Shown: positions 54,638 through 64,000 of the stretch, one piece after another
Position numbering within the stretch: position 1 is the stretch's first letter
Layout: the number at the start of each line of letters is the position of its first letter
Origin: an uncultured Acidimicrobiia bacterium
Lineage (GTDB): Bacteria > Actinomycetota > Acidimicrobiia > Acidimicrobiales > AC-14
NCBI GenBank assembly: GCA_963836205.1
Contig: CAWIIV010000014.1
Coordinates: forward strand, 96,001-160,000
Direction of reading: 5' to 3'
DNA length: 64,000 nucleotides
Translations under genes and position numbers: made by a program
Notes under the pieces: generated by a model
Database searches by the model: none
What the model saw: only the letters and a program-made list of their open reading frames with translations
What the model was told of the DNA's origin: nothing

Positions 54638-55519
54638 TCATGAGCGGGCTCCGAGGAGCCAGAGGAGGAGGCCGCGCTGGGCATGGACCCGGTTGGCGGC
54701 CTGGCGCCACACCGCGCTCTGGGGGCTGTCGATGACCGAGGCCGAGACCTCTTCGCCCCGGTGGGCGGGCAGGCAGTGGAGGAAGACGGCGTGGGGCGCG
54801 GCCGCGGCCAGCATGGCGTCATCGACGGTGAAGCCGGCGAAGTCCTCCCGGCGGCGGGTGGCCTGGCCCTCCTGGCCCATCGAGGCCCACACGTCGGTGT
54901 AGACGGCGTCGGCCCCCGACACCGCGGCCAAGGGGTCGTTGCCGACCTCGACACCATCGCCGTCGCCGGGATCGGGCCGGGGGGGCTCGTAGCCGGCCGG
55001 CGTGGCCACCCGGACGGTCATCCCGGCCAGGGCGCCGGCCTTCATCAGCGACCGGCACACGTTGTTGCCGTCGCCCACGTAGGCCACCGTCAGCCCCTTG
55101 AGCCGGCCGAAGCTCTGGCGCAGGGTGAGGAGGTCGGCCAGCGTCTGGCAGGGGTGGGCGTCGTCGGACAGGAGGTTGACCACCGGCACCGTCGCCGCCC
55201 CCGCCATCCGCACCAGCCGGTCGTGGTGGTAGACGCGGGCGGCCAGGGCCGCGCAGTAGCTCGACAGCACCTTGGCCACGTCCTCCGCCGGCTCGCGGTC
55301 GTCGACGCCCACCTCCTCGGCCCGCAGGCTCACGGGATGCCCGCCGAGCTGCACCACGGCCATCTCCATCGACACCCGGGTGCGGGTGGACGCCTTCTCG
55401 AACAGCAGCGCCACCCCCCGCCCGGCCAGCAGCGGCGGCGGGCTGGGGAGCTCGGCCAGGTCGAGGACGTCGGCCAGCTCGGCGGGATCGAGGTCGTCGA
55501 CGTCGAGCAGGTGTCTCAT
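54638..55519 (-). CDS. argF: Ornithine carbamoyltransferase
   Basis: [30 protein letters not shown]. Confidence 0.97.
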   Translation of the reverse strand: MRHLLDVDDLDPAELADVLDLAELPSPPPLLAGRGVALLFEKASTRTRVSMEMAVVQLGGHPVSLRAEEVGVDDREPAEDVAKVLSSYCAALAARVYHHDRLVRMAGAATVPVVNLLSDDAHPCQTLADLLTLRQSFGRLKGLTVAYVGDGNNVCRSLMKAGALAGMTVRVATPAGYEPPRPDPGDGDGVEVGNDPLAAVSGADAVYTDVWASMGQEGQATRRREDFAGFTVDDAMLAAAAPHAVFLHCLPAHRGEEVSASVIDSPQSAVWRQAANRVHAQRGLLLWLLGARS

Positions 55520-56682
55520 CGGGCCAGCACCTCCCTCAGGACGGCCAGCGCCTGGTCGATCTCGTCGTCGGTGACGAGGAGCGACGGGGCGAGGCGGATG
55601 GCGGTGGGCGTGACCGGGTTGACGACCAGGCCCCGAGCGAGCGCGGCCAGGGCCACGTCGCGCGCCGCCGGCCCGTCCGGCGAGAGCTCGGCCGCCAGCA
55701 GCAGGCCCAGCCCTCGCACCGACACCACGCCCGGCAGCGCGGCCAGCCCGGCGGTCAGGCGGGCCCCGGCCCGCGTCGCGCGGGCCGGCACGTCCTCCGC
55801 CTCCATGACCGCCAGGACGGCCCGGGCGGCGGCGGTGGCCAGGGGCTGGCCGCCGTAGGTGGTGCCGTGGTCGCCGGGGCGGAAGGCGTCGGCGATCTCG
55901 GCCCGGGCCCAGCAGGCGCCGATGGGCATGCCGTTGCCGAGGGCCTTGGCCAGGGTGACGACGTCGGGCCGGATGCCGTCGTGCTCGAACCCGAACCACC
56001 GGCCGGTGCGGCCGAGGCCGGTCTGGACCTCGTCGACGATGAGCAGGACGCCCTTCTCGTCGCACAGCCGGCGAACCTCGGCCAGCCAGCCCCGGGGCGC
56101 CACGTTGACCCCGCCCTCGCCCTGCACCGGCTCCAGCAGCACCGCCGCGATCGACGGGTCGATGGCCGCGGCTAGGGCGTCGAGGTCGCCCAGGGCGACG
56201 TGGCGGAAGCCGGGCGGCAAGGGCTGGAAGGGCTCGTGCTTGGCCGGCTGTCCGGTGGCGTGGAGGGTGGCCAGGGTACGACCGTGGAACGACCCGTAGG
56301 CGCTGACCACCCCGTAGCGTCCGGGGCCGCCCCACCGGCGGGCGAGCTTGATGGCGCACTCGTTGGCCTCGGCGCCCGAGTTGCAGAAGAAGACGCGTCC
56401 CCCGCCGCCCAGCAGGCGGTCGAGGGTGGCCGCCACCTCGGGCCCGACCACGTTGCCGTAGAGGTTGCTCACGTGGACCAGGGTGCGGGCCTGCTCGGCG
56501 ATGGCGTCGGCCACGGCCGGGTGGCAGTGACCGAGGGACGTGACCGCCAGCCCGCCGAGGAAGTCGAGGTAACCCTTCCCGTCGGCGTCGAACAGCCACG
56601 ACCCCTCCCCCCGCACGAACGTGACCGGCGGGGGGGCGTAGTTGCGCATGAGCACGTCGGACAGAACGGGCGCCGCACTCAC
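55516..56682 (-). CDS. argD: Acetylornithine aminotransferase
   Basis: [31 protein letters not shown]. Confidence 0.96.
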   Translation of the reverse strand: MSAAPVLSDVLMRNYAPPPVTFVRGEGSWLFDADGKGYLDFLGGLAVTSLGHCHPAVADAIAEQARTLVHVSNLYGNVVGPEVAATLDRLLGGGGRVFFCNSGAEANECAIKLARRWGGPGRYGVVSAYGSFHGRTLATLHATGQPAKHEPFQPLPPGFRHVALGDLDALAAAIDPSIAAVLLEPVQGEGGVNVAPRGWLAEVRRLCDEKGVLLIVDEVQTGLGRTGRWFGFEHDGIRPDVVTLAKALGNGMPIGACWARAEIADAFRPGDHGTTYGGQPLATAAARAVLAVMEAEDVPARATRAGARLTAGLAALPGVVSVRGLGLLLAAELSPDGPAARDVALAALARGLVVNPVTPTAIRLAPSLLVTDDEIDQALAVLREVLAR

Positions 56683-57536
56683 GGCGTCACCATCGTGCCG
56701 ACGCCCTCGCTGGTGAAGACCTCCAGGAGCAGGGCGTGGGGCACCCGCCCGTCGAGGATGTGGGCGTGGCCGACACCGTTGCGGACGGCCCGCACGCAGG
56801 AGACGATCTTGGGGATCATCCCCCCCTTGACCCGACCGGTGGCGAGGAGGGCCTCCAAATCGTCGGCCGACGTGGTGGTGATGAGGCTGAAGGGGTTGCC
56901 CACCTCCGACAGCAGGCCGACCACGTCGGTGAGGTAGACGAGCTTCTCCGCCCCCAGGGCCTCGGCCACCGCCCCCGCCACCGTGTCGGCGTTGATGTTG
57001 TAGGCCTGCCCCTCGGCGTCGGAGCCGATGGTGGCCAGCACCGGGATGAGCTCCTCCGCGATCAGGCGCTCGAGCAGGCCCGGGTTGACGCCCTGTACGT
57101 CGCCCACGAAGCCCAGCTCGGGCGACCGGGCGCTGGCCACGATGAGGCTGGCGTCCTCCCCCGAGAGGCCCACCGCCAGCGCCCCGTGCACGTTGATGCT
57201 GGCCACGATGTCGCGGTTGACCTTGCCCACCAGCACCATGCGGGCGATGTCGAGGGTGTCGGCGTCGGTGACCCGGAGGCCGTCGAGGAACTCGGGCACC
57301 TTGCCCAGGCGCTGCATCAGCTCGCCGATCTGGGGCCCGCCGCCGTGGACGACGATGGGGCGAATGCCGACCATCCGCATGAGGACCACGTCCTGGGCGA
57401 ACAGCGACCCCAGGCTGGGGTCGGTCATGGCCGCCCCGCCGTACTTGATGACGACGACCTTGCCCGAGAACCGGCGGATGTAGGGCAGGGCGTCGGCCAG
57501 CACCGCGGCCTTGGCCAGGGCAGTGGTGAGGTTCAT
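56679..57536 (-). CDS. argB: Acetylglutamate kinase
   Basis: [25 protein letters not shown]. Confidence 0.97.
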   Translation of the reverse strand: MNLTTALAKAAVLADALPYIRRFSGKVVVIKYGGAAMTDPSLGSLFAQDVVLMRMVGIRPIVVHGGGPQIGELMQRLGKVPEFLDGLRVTDADTLDIARMVLVGKVNRDIVASINVHGALAVGLSGEDASLIVASARSPELGFVGDVQGVNPGLLERLIAEELIPVLATIGSDAEGQAYNINADTVAGAVAEALGAEKLVYLTDVVGLLSEVGNPFSLITTTSADDLEALLATGRVKGGMIPKIVSCVRAVRNGVGHAHILDGRVPHALLLEVFTSEGVGTMVTP

Positions 57537-58690
57537 GAGGTGCGCATGTTCTCGTCGATGTAGCCGGGGGTGAGGTCGGTGAAGAGCATGGCCGCCCGGC
57601 CCTCGCCCAGGCCCAGGTCGGCGGTGATGACGACGTCGCGGTCGGCCAGGTGCGCGGCCACCGCGGCGGTGTCGTGGTCGGCTGCGATCCCGTCCCGGCA
57701 AACCTCGACCCCGCCGTAGGAGATCGTGACCCGAGACCCGTCGAAGTCGGCGCCCGAACTGCCCAGCTCGCTGATGATGCGGCCCCAGTAAGGGTCGGCG
57801 CCGAACAGCGAGCACTGCACCAGCTGGCTCTCGGCGATCTTGCGGGCGGCGCGGCGGGCGTCGGCGTGGGACGCCGCCCCGTGGACCCGGATGCGGGCCA
57901 GCTTGGTGGCCCCCTCGGCGTCGGCCGCCATCTGCTCGGCCAGGGCGTTGCAGGCGTCGGCCAGCACCGAGGCGTCGAGCGGGCGCCCGGAGCGGCCGTT
58001 GGCCAGCACGATCACGGTGTCGTTGGTCGAGGTGCACCCGTCGACGACGAGGGCGTTGAACGAACCCGCCACCGCCTCCCGCAGCTGCCCGACGAGCAGG
58101 TCGGGGTCGGCGACGGCGTCGGTGGTGAACACGGCCAGCATGGTGGCCATGTCGGGCGCGAGCATGGCCGCCCCCTTGGCCATCCCGCCCACGGTGTAGC
58201 CGTTGACCGTGATCGACACCTCCTTGGGCACGGTGTCGGTGGTCATGATGGCGTGGGCGGCGGCCAGCCCCCCGTCCGCCCGCCGAGCGGCCACCAGGGC
58301 GGGGATGCCGTTCTCGACCGCGGCCATGGGCAGGTAGTAGCCGATGAGGCCGGTTGAGCAGATCAGCACCTCGGCCGTCTCGCACCCGAGGCCGGCAGCC
58401 ACCAGCTCGCACATGCGCTCGGCATCGGCGTCACCGGTCGCGCCGGTGGCGGCGTTGGCGCAGCCGCTGTTGACGACCACCGCCGAGGCCCGTCCGCCGG
58501 TGGCGGCCAGGTGGGCGCGGGTGACGTTCACCGGCCCGGCCGTGGCCTTGTTGGTGGTGAACACCGCCGCGGCCACGACCGGCCGGCCGTCGTCGGTGGC
58601 CACCAGGGACAGGTCGGAATCGCCGCTGGCCTTGATCCCGGCAGCCACGCCCGCAGCCACGAAGCCCTCGGGAGACGTCACGCCGCTCAC
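57533..58690 (-). CDS. argJ: Ornithine acetyltransferase
   Basis: NSGCANA, MTTDT, KGAAMLAPDMATML, DGCTSTND, EGATK. Confidence 0.97.
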   Translation of the reverse strand: MSGVTSPEGFVAAGVAAGIKASGDSDLSLVATDDGRPVVAAAVFTTNKATAGPVNVTRAHLAATGGRASAVVVNSGCANAATGATGDADAERMCELVAAGLGCETAEVLICSTGLIGYYLPMAAVENGIPALVAARRADGGLAAAHAIMTTDTVPKEVSITVNGYTVGGMAKGAAMLAPDMATMLAVFTTDAVADPDLLVGQLREAVAGSFNALVVDGCTSTNDTVIVLANGRSGRPLDASVLADACNALAEQMAADAEGATKLARIRVHGAASHADARRAARKIAESQLVQCSLFGADPYWGRIISELGSSGADFDGSRVTISYGGVEVCRDGIAADHDTAAVAAHLADRDVVITADLGLGEGRAAMLFTDLTPGYIDENMRTS

Positions 58691-59709
58691 GGGTACACCC
58701 CCACCGGCGACAGGCCCGCGGTCTCGTCGAGGCCGAGGACGATGTTGGCGCACTGGACGGCCTGCCCCGACGCCCCCTTGACCAGGTTGTCGATGGCGGC
58801 CAGGACCACCACCCACCCGGTGCGGGGGTCGAAGCGGGCGGTGAGGTGGGCGGTGTTCGATCCCCAGGCGGCCTTGGTGGACGGGGGCCCGTCGCCGACG
58901 ACCACGAACGGTTCGCCCGCGTAGGTGTCGCGGAGCAGTTCGAGGAGGGCGGCGGTCGACGTGGGACCGGCGGGGCGGGCGTAGCAGGTGGCCAGGATGC
59001 CCCTGGTCATGGGGGCGAGGTGGGGGGTGAAGAGGACGGTGGCTCCGGTGGCCTGCTCGATCTCGGGCGTATGGCGGTGGTCGAGGAGGCCGTAGGCGAC
59101 GAAGTCCTCGTTGACGGTGCCGAAGTGGGACGTGTGGCGCAGGGTGCGACCGGCCCCCGACACCCCGCTGGCGGCGTCGACCACGATCCCCTCGGGCTCG
59201 ACCACCCCCGCCGCCACCAGGGGGGCGAGGGCAAGGGCGGCGGCCGTCGGGTAGCAGCCGGGGGCGGCCACCGCGGTGGCACCGACGATGTCCTTGCGGT
59301 GCAGCTCGGGCAGGCCGTAGGCGAAGCGTGGGAGAAGGTCGGGGGCGGTGTGGGCCTCGCCGTACCATCGCTGGTAGGCGGACGGGTCCTTCAGCCGGAA
59401 GTCGGCGGCCAGGTCGACGACGCGGGTGCCGGGAGCGGCGGCCAGCAGCTCGGGCACCAGCTTCTGGGACGCCCCGTGGGGAAGGGCCAGGAAGACGAGG
59501 TCGACGCCGGCGGCCATGGCCGGGTCGCACGAGTCGAACACCATGGTCGGGTAGGCGGCGGCCAGGCTCGGGTAGAGGGCGCCGACGGCGGTGCCGGCCT
59601 GGGTGTCACCCGTCGCCCACGCCACCCGGAGGTGGGGATGGCCGTGGGCCAGGCGCAACAGCTCGGCGCCCGTGTACCCCGACCCCCCGACGATCCCGAC
59701 TTCGGCCAT
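58687..59709 (-). CDS. argC: N-acetyl-gamma-glutamyl-phosphate reductase
   Basis: GGSGYTG, PGCYPT, SGVSGAG, DNLVKGASGQAVQ. Confidence 0.97.
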   Translation of the reverse strand: MAEVGIVGGSGYTGAELLRLAHGHPHLRVAWATGDTQAGTAVGALYPSLAAAYPTMVFDSCDPAMAAGVDLVFLALPHGASQKLVPELLAAAPGTRVVDLAADFRLKDPSAYQRWYGEAHTAPDLLPRFAYGLPELHRKDIVGATAVAAPGCYPTAAALALAPLVAAGVVEPEGIVVDAASGVSGAGRTLRHTSHFGTVNEDFVAYGLLDHRHTPEIEQATGATVLFTPHLAPMTRGILATCYARPAGPTSTAALLELLRDTYAGEPFVVVGDGPPSTKAAWGSNTAHLTARFDPRTGWVVVLAAIDNLVKGASGQAVQCANIVLGLDETAGLSPVGVYP

Positions 59710-59715
59710 CCGCCG

Positions 59716-59744
59716 AGCATACACACCGCTGCATCATTATGCGA
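59716..59744 (-). promoter_or_regulatory. ARG box overlapping a leaderless argC promoter
   Basis: CGCATAATGATGCAG resembles the actinobacterial ArgR site TGCATAnnTATGCA; TATGCT -10 lies 6 nt before the ATG. Confidence 0.75.
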
Positions 59745-59779
59745 GCGGATTAACCCGGGCTCACGGGCGCCCGGTCGGG

Positions 59780-60985
59780 TCAGGGGTGCCGGCAGAACTG
59801 GGTCTCGTCGTCGAACCGGGGGGCCAGGTCGAGCGGCTCGAAGCCCCCGACCATGACGAGGTCCCAGTCGCCGCGGAACGGCTCCTCGGTTCCGAACCGC
59901 CAACTCCCGAAAACGACCTCCCCGGTCGGTGTCGAGGCCAGCGTCCACTCGACGTCGCCGGCGTCGTCGGGGGGTTGACGGGTCGACGTGTGACACCACC
60001 ACCCACGGAACACGCCATCGGGCGAGATCCGGCCGACGACCGTCCCCGTGCCGAGCCGGTACACGGCCCGCAGCTCGTCGCCGACCTCACGAATGACGAC
60101 GACCCCGTACGTGTCTGAGTTCCACACACCGGCCAACTTGCTCGGCGTGAGGTCGAGCTTGATCTCGTCGTCGGCCAGGACATGAGGCTCGTCCCTCGCC
60201 CAGAACGTGGCCAGGGCGCCGGCCTTGAAGTGGTTGCTGCTGACGGAGACGTCGCCCGAGAACGGGTAGTTCATCACGATGGTGAGCAGGTAACAGAACG
60301 ACACCACGGTGGCGAGCAGGCCCATGTGTATGAACCGGGGTCGCAACGGCATCCTCGACCGGTATTCGAAGACGAGCAGGAGCAGGACACCCAGCGGGAG
60401 GATGACTCGCAGCAGGGCGGGAAGGTCGGACGAGCTCAGGCTGAGGCGCTCCCGCCGAGCCGAGGTCACCTCTGAAAGCTGGTCCACCGCCTTGCTGTAG
60501 AACTCGGCTTCCACCCCGTCGGCCGGCGGCGGACTGTAGGACTGGTAGAGGGCGTACAACGACTCGAGGGCGGCTGAGGCGCGCGGGCTGCCTTCACCGT
60601 CGCCGGTGCGCATGGTGTCCCACTCTGTTTCGACGATGGCGTGGACGTACTGGTTGATGCCTGAGTCCAACCGTCGCTGCTGGTCAAAGGGCAGCCCGTC
60701 GTTGGCCCGCTTCATGTGGGACAGGGTGGAGGCCTCGGCGGCCACCGAGGCCTCCGCGGTCGAGAAGCTGTCGAGAACCGAGCCGATGACGAAGGCGAGG
60801 ATGAGCGCGAAGACGAGCTCGTAGACCACTCGGAGCCCGTCGACGGTGTCCTCGAAGGGACCATCGGCCAGGTTGGGGAAGAACTTGTTGGCCACGAGCA
60901 CCCCGACCAACGCCAAGGCGACCGTGCCCCCGACGAACATGAGAATGATCGTCGTCGACGAATACGAATTGAGCAGCGAGCGCAT
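59780..60985 (-). CDS. DUF4239 (bestrophin-like) membrane protein with C-terminal beta-domain
   Basis: VFALILAFVI...AEAS...Y.HAIVETEW..M, ARRER, MNYPFSGDVSVS. Confidence 0.75.
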   Translation of the reverse strand: MRSLLNSYSSTTIILMFVGGTVALALVGVLVANKFFPNLADGPFEDTVDGLRVVYELVFALILAFVIGSVLDSFSTAEASVAAEASTLSHMKRANDGLPFDQQRRLDSGINQYVHAIVETEWDTMRTGDGEGSPRASAALESLYALYQSYSPPPADGVEAEFYSKAVDQLSEVTSARRERLSLSSSDLPALLRVILPLGVLLLLVFEYRSRMPLRPRFIHMGLLATVVSFCYLLTIVMNYPFSGDVSVSSNHFKAGALATFWARDEPHVLADDEIKLDLTPSKLAGVWNSDTYGVVVIREVGDELRAVYRLGTGTVVGRISPDGVFRGWWCHTSTRQPPDDAGDVEWTLASTPTGEVVFGSWRFGTEEPFRGDWDLVMVGGFEPLDLAPRFDDETQFCRHP

Positions 60986-61129
60986 CAGTCGAGGCCCCCA
61001 CGGCCGAGGCTCCGAGCCGGGCCGTTACGCAAACGACCCGGGCCCGAAGATCGGCCTCGTTCCTATCGCCCTAGTCGCCGATGGGCATGGAGCACGACGC
61101 CCACGCGGTGCCGAGCGGGATGCGCGCTC

Positions 61130-62929
61130 CTACTCGTGATGCACCGCCACCGGGAGCTTCTCGACCACCGAAACCGCCTCCATCATGCCCAGATCCTCGT
61201 GATCGAGGACATGGCAGTGCATGACGAAGGTGCCGGTGAAGTCCTTGTAGTCGGTGTAGATCCAGACGGGTACCGCCGGCTCCCCGAATGGAGGGGCGGG
61301 TACGAGGACCGTGTCCCTCCAAACCAGGGCCGTGCCCTCCGGTCCTTCCCGCTCCACCTGGAACGGATTGATGTGGATGTGGAAGATGTGCTCCACCGGG
61401 GGAACTCGTTGTGCCGGGTCGAGAGGCACGCCCTCGGGGTCGCCCTCGGCGATGATCCTCCAGGCATCGGTCGAGTTGAGCTCCACGTACCGGATTTGCG
61501 TCTCGGTAAAGGCGTGCCCGTTGACCTGGAAGTAGTGCTGGGCCGAAGCCTGGAGGTCGCTCCCGACCAGGAACTGGACTTGCTGCACACCTACCGCCGG
61601 ATTCACCTTGGTGCGCAGGTCTTCGCCCGCCCTGAACGCAAGTGGCGCCATCTCGGCATCGGTGGGCAGCGCCATGTCGATCGGATCGCCTTCGATCTTC
61701 ACCGTGGCGAGGAGCACCTTGTCCTCCGCGGTGCCGCGCACCGAGTCTTCGGCCGGCACCGCTGCGTCGTAGAACTCGTAAGTGCCCGGCGTGGAGCTGG
61801 CCTTGACCACGACGTCACTGCGGTAGCCGGACTCCATGGGGAGGCTCTGGTCGGTTCCCCACGTGTCGACCTTGCCCGTGTACAGGCCGTCGAGCGCGAT
61901 CTCGTGGAGCTCGTGACCCTCGAGGCGGAGGTGCAGGCTCTCCCGGAAGGTGCCGTCGACCAACCGCCAGCGTTGGACCTCTCCCGGCTGCATCCGGATG
62001 ACCGGGGCGATCAACCCGTTCACGACCGTGCGCCGGTTGGAGTGCTGCCACGTGCAGTTGTCCTGGCCCTTTTCGCAGAACACCTTGGTGTCGGGGGAGT
62101 CGGGGAAGGAGGCCTCGATGTTGTCGACCGCGCCGTGGGTGTCGTAGAGGATCTGTTCGAAGACGATGACCTTCTCGCGCGCGGTGGCCTCTCGCAGGGA
62201 CGCCGGCAGCTTGGCCGCGTCGTCCTCGATGATGAGGGCACCGACCATGCCGCTGCCCACCTGGATCGAGCTCGAGCCGTGGGCGTGGGCGTGGTACCAG
62301 TAGGTGCCCGCGGGGTGGTCGGCCGGCAGCCTGAACTGGTAGTGGAAGTCGGTACCGGGCCCGACCGCGATCAGGACGTTGTCGCTGTTTCCCTGCGGCG
62401 AAACGTGCAGGCCATGGGTATGGATGTTGGTGGTGTTGAAGGAGTTCGGCTCCATGATCAGGTGCGCGTTCGCCGTCTCCTGGGCGATATCACGGGCCGG
62501 ATCGCCGAGTGGCAGCTCGTTCTTCAGCGTGAAGTCGATGGTTTCACCGGCCTTGGCCCGGATGGTGGGGCCGATGAGCTTTCCGTTGTAGGAGCGGAGC
62601 TTCACCTCGCATCCGCCGATGGTGGTGCCCGCATCCGAGTACTTCACTGAGAGCGTCTGCGAAGCATCGGTGAAACGCGCATCCGGTGGGTTCGCGAAAT
62701 CAAGGCCCCCGAACCTCACGACATCGATCGGGTCATAGGGGCAGGGGCCGTTGGTCAGCGGACCCGCATTTCCCGCCGGCTCGGGCCCCACCGTCTCGGC
62801 CGCTGCCGTCTCTGTCCCCGACCCTCCGGGGGACGCGGTGTCGGAATCGGAATCCGAGTCGCTACAGGCGGCCCCCAAGAGGGCAAACACGGCCACGGAC
62901 ACGATCCCAGACATGAACCGGGTCTTCAT
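61130..62929 (-). CDS. Multicopper oxidase (laccase-like) lipoprotein
   Basis: Lipobox GAAC; HTHG, WYHAHAH, HIFHIH and HCHVLDHEDLGMM copper motifs. Confidence 0.93.
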   Translation of the reverse strand: MKTRFMSGIVSVAVFALLGAACSDSDSDSDTASPGGSGTETAAAETVGPEPAGNAGPLTNGPCPYDPIDVVRFGGLDFANPPDARFTDASQTLSVKYSDAGTTIGGCEVKLRSYNGKLIGPTIRAKAGETIDFTLKNELPLGDPARDIAQETANAHLIMEPNSFNTTNIHTHGLHVSPQGNSDNVLIAVGPGTDFHYQFRLPADHPAGTYWYHAHAHGSSSIQVGSGMVGALIIEDDAAKLPASLREATAREKVIVFEQILYDTHGAVDNIEASFPDSPDTKVFCEKGQDNCTWQHSNRRTVVNGLIAPVIRMQPGEVQRWRLVDGTFRESLHLRLEGHELHEIALDGLYTGKVDTWGTDQSLPMESGYRSDVVVKASSTPGTYEFYDAAVPAEDSVRGTAEDKVLLATVKIEGDPIDMALPTDAEMAPLAFRAGEDLRTKVNPAVGVQQVQFLVGSDLQASAQHYFQVNGHAFTETQIRYVELNSTDAWRIIAEGDPEGVPLDPAQRVPPVEHIFHIHINPFQVEREGPEGTALVWRDTVLVPAPPFGEPAVPVWIYTDYKDFTGTFVMHCHVLDHEDLGMMEAVSVVEKLPVAVHHE

Positions 62930-63145
62930 GAATCCTCCCGCCCTTCACCTGCGTCGAGCCCCCAGCTCGCGCGGAAGTCTCCAGCGGGACCGGCGCGCTG
63001 TCAAGCCGGCGGGCAGATTTCGCTCGAATGCGATATCGCCGTCGGGAAATGGCGCCGCGACCGGACGCCGTCATGACGCGATGAAACCGGTTTCAGCCCC
63101 GTGACGACGCAGATGTGACCGCCCTGCCGGGGAGCTGACTTGGCG

Positions 63146-63574
63146 CTACTCCATCCAGATGTCGTACTTCTCGCCCAAGGCGTTCACCACGTCTTCGTCC
63201 GAGAGCTTCTCGCCGAGGGCGGCGAGCTCGGCGAGGTAAAGGTCGAAGCCGCCCGGGGTGAAGACGGTGATCAGCCGGGCACCGTCGGGGGCGTGAGCCT
63301 CGTGCCACTCGCCTGCGGGGACGGTGACCGTCGTGCCGGCACTCGCAGTGACCGTCTCGTCGTCGAAGGTGAAGACGATCTCGCCTTCGAGGACCACGAA
63401 GATCTCGACCATCGAGCGGTGGTGATGCCGGGGGAGATGGAATCCGGGCTTGAGGGTGTCCTCGACGACCGTGACCCGTCCGTCGGCCATCCCCACCGGC
63501 GTCTTGACGAAGACGTGGTCGCTTTCCCACTCGTACTCGGCGCCCTCACCAGGGAGCACGACGCTGTGTCGCAT
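63146..63574 (-). CDS. Cupin domain protein
   Basis: PRHHH..E.F.VLEG, VPAGEWH. Confidence 0.88.
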   Translation of the reverse strand: MRHSVVLPGEGAEYEWESDHVFVKTPVGMADGRVTVVEDTLKPGFHLPRHHHRSMVEIFVVLEGEIVFTFDDETVTASAGTTVTVPAGEWHEAHAPDGARLITVFTPGGFDLYLAELAALGEKLSDEDVVNALGEKYDIWME

Positions 63575-63777
63575 GTCGGCGGCCTACCTTTCAACGACGC
63601 ACGAGAGGGCTTCGGGTGCATTTCTCGCCACCTGTGGTCGAAGCCTAACCCCGAACCTCGGCACTCGGCGCTGACAGCCGTGGGGTCCGGGGTTCCACCA
63701 GGTGCTGCCTGCGCCGGGCCACGGAGCCCGACCGGCGGGTGTGTTGAGAAAGCGCTGCTCCTCGGTAGAGTTGCTCT

Positions 63778-64000
63778 ATGGGCTGGACGATCGTGGTGCG
63801 TCCCAAGGAGATGGAGGTCCTCCGCGCCTGCCGGCGCCAGTGGGACTTCGACAGCCGGCTGCGCCAGAACCTGGTTCCCATCAAGCCGCCGACGATGTTC
63901 GACTTCGACCTGGCCATGCATCAGGCCCTCGCCGTCTGGTACTTCCCGGCCATGGACGACTGGAGCCGGGTCATCGTGCGGCCGGTGGCGCTCAAGGGAT
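63778..64000 (+). CDS. Partial ORF, possibly PD-(D/E)XK (RecB/Cas4-like) nuclease N-terminus; runs off window
   Basis: MGWTIVVRPKEMEVLRACRRQWDF...FDLAMHQALAVWY; TTGAGA-16-TAGAGT promoter 6 nt before ATG. Confidence 0.5.
   Translation, partial: MGWTIVVRPKEMEVLRACRRQWDFDSRLRQNLVPIKPPTMFDFDLAMHQALAVWYFPAMDDWSRVIVRPVALKG

Overview
64-kb window from a very GC-rich actinobacterium. The 16S/23S signatures, the tyrS-rrn-TPR-tlyA-NAD kinase-recN-steA-steB synteny and the leaderless promoters point to Actinomycetota, probably Acidimicrobiia. From left to right: zwf-opcA-pgl; a thioesterase-PPTase fusion with a gutted adenylation-domain gene; fbiC; an IS-scarred island with a vanadium haloperoxidase and a DM13 gene; assorted accessory genes (a cNMP/carotenoid-oxygenase hybrid, a subtilase with a small partner, two tandem FN3 zinc-peptidase paralogues); a conserved cell-envelope/recN block; a complete minus-strand rRNA operon; tyrS; mpg; the argCJBDFRGH operon; a multicopper oxidase. 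The stand-out feature is the 23S rRNA gene, interrupted by two group I introns that flank a 40-nt exon. One is a 735-nt IB-like intron inserted after U1911 (E. coli numbering, helix 69). It carries a single-motif LAGLIDADG homing endonuclease ORF that reads through the ribozyme core. The other is a 338-nt ORF-less IA-like intron after U1951. P1/P10 guide pairings and omega-G support both splice sites. Many conserved genes carry single frameshifts, which suggests residual long-read indel errors, so fusions and pseudogenes should be treated cautiously. All product calls come from motif recognition by eye, not database searches.
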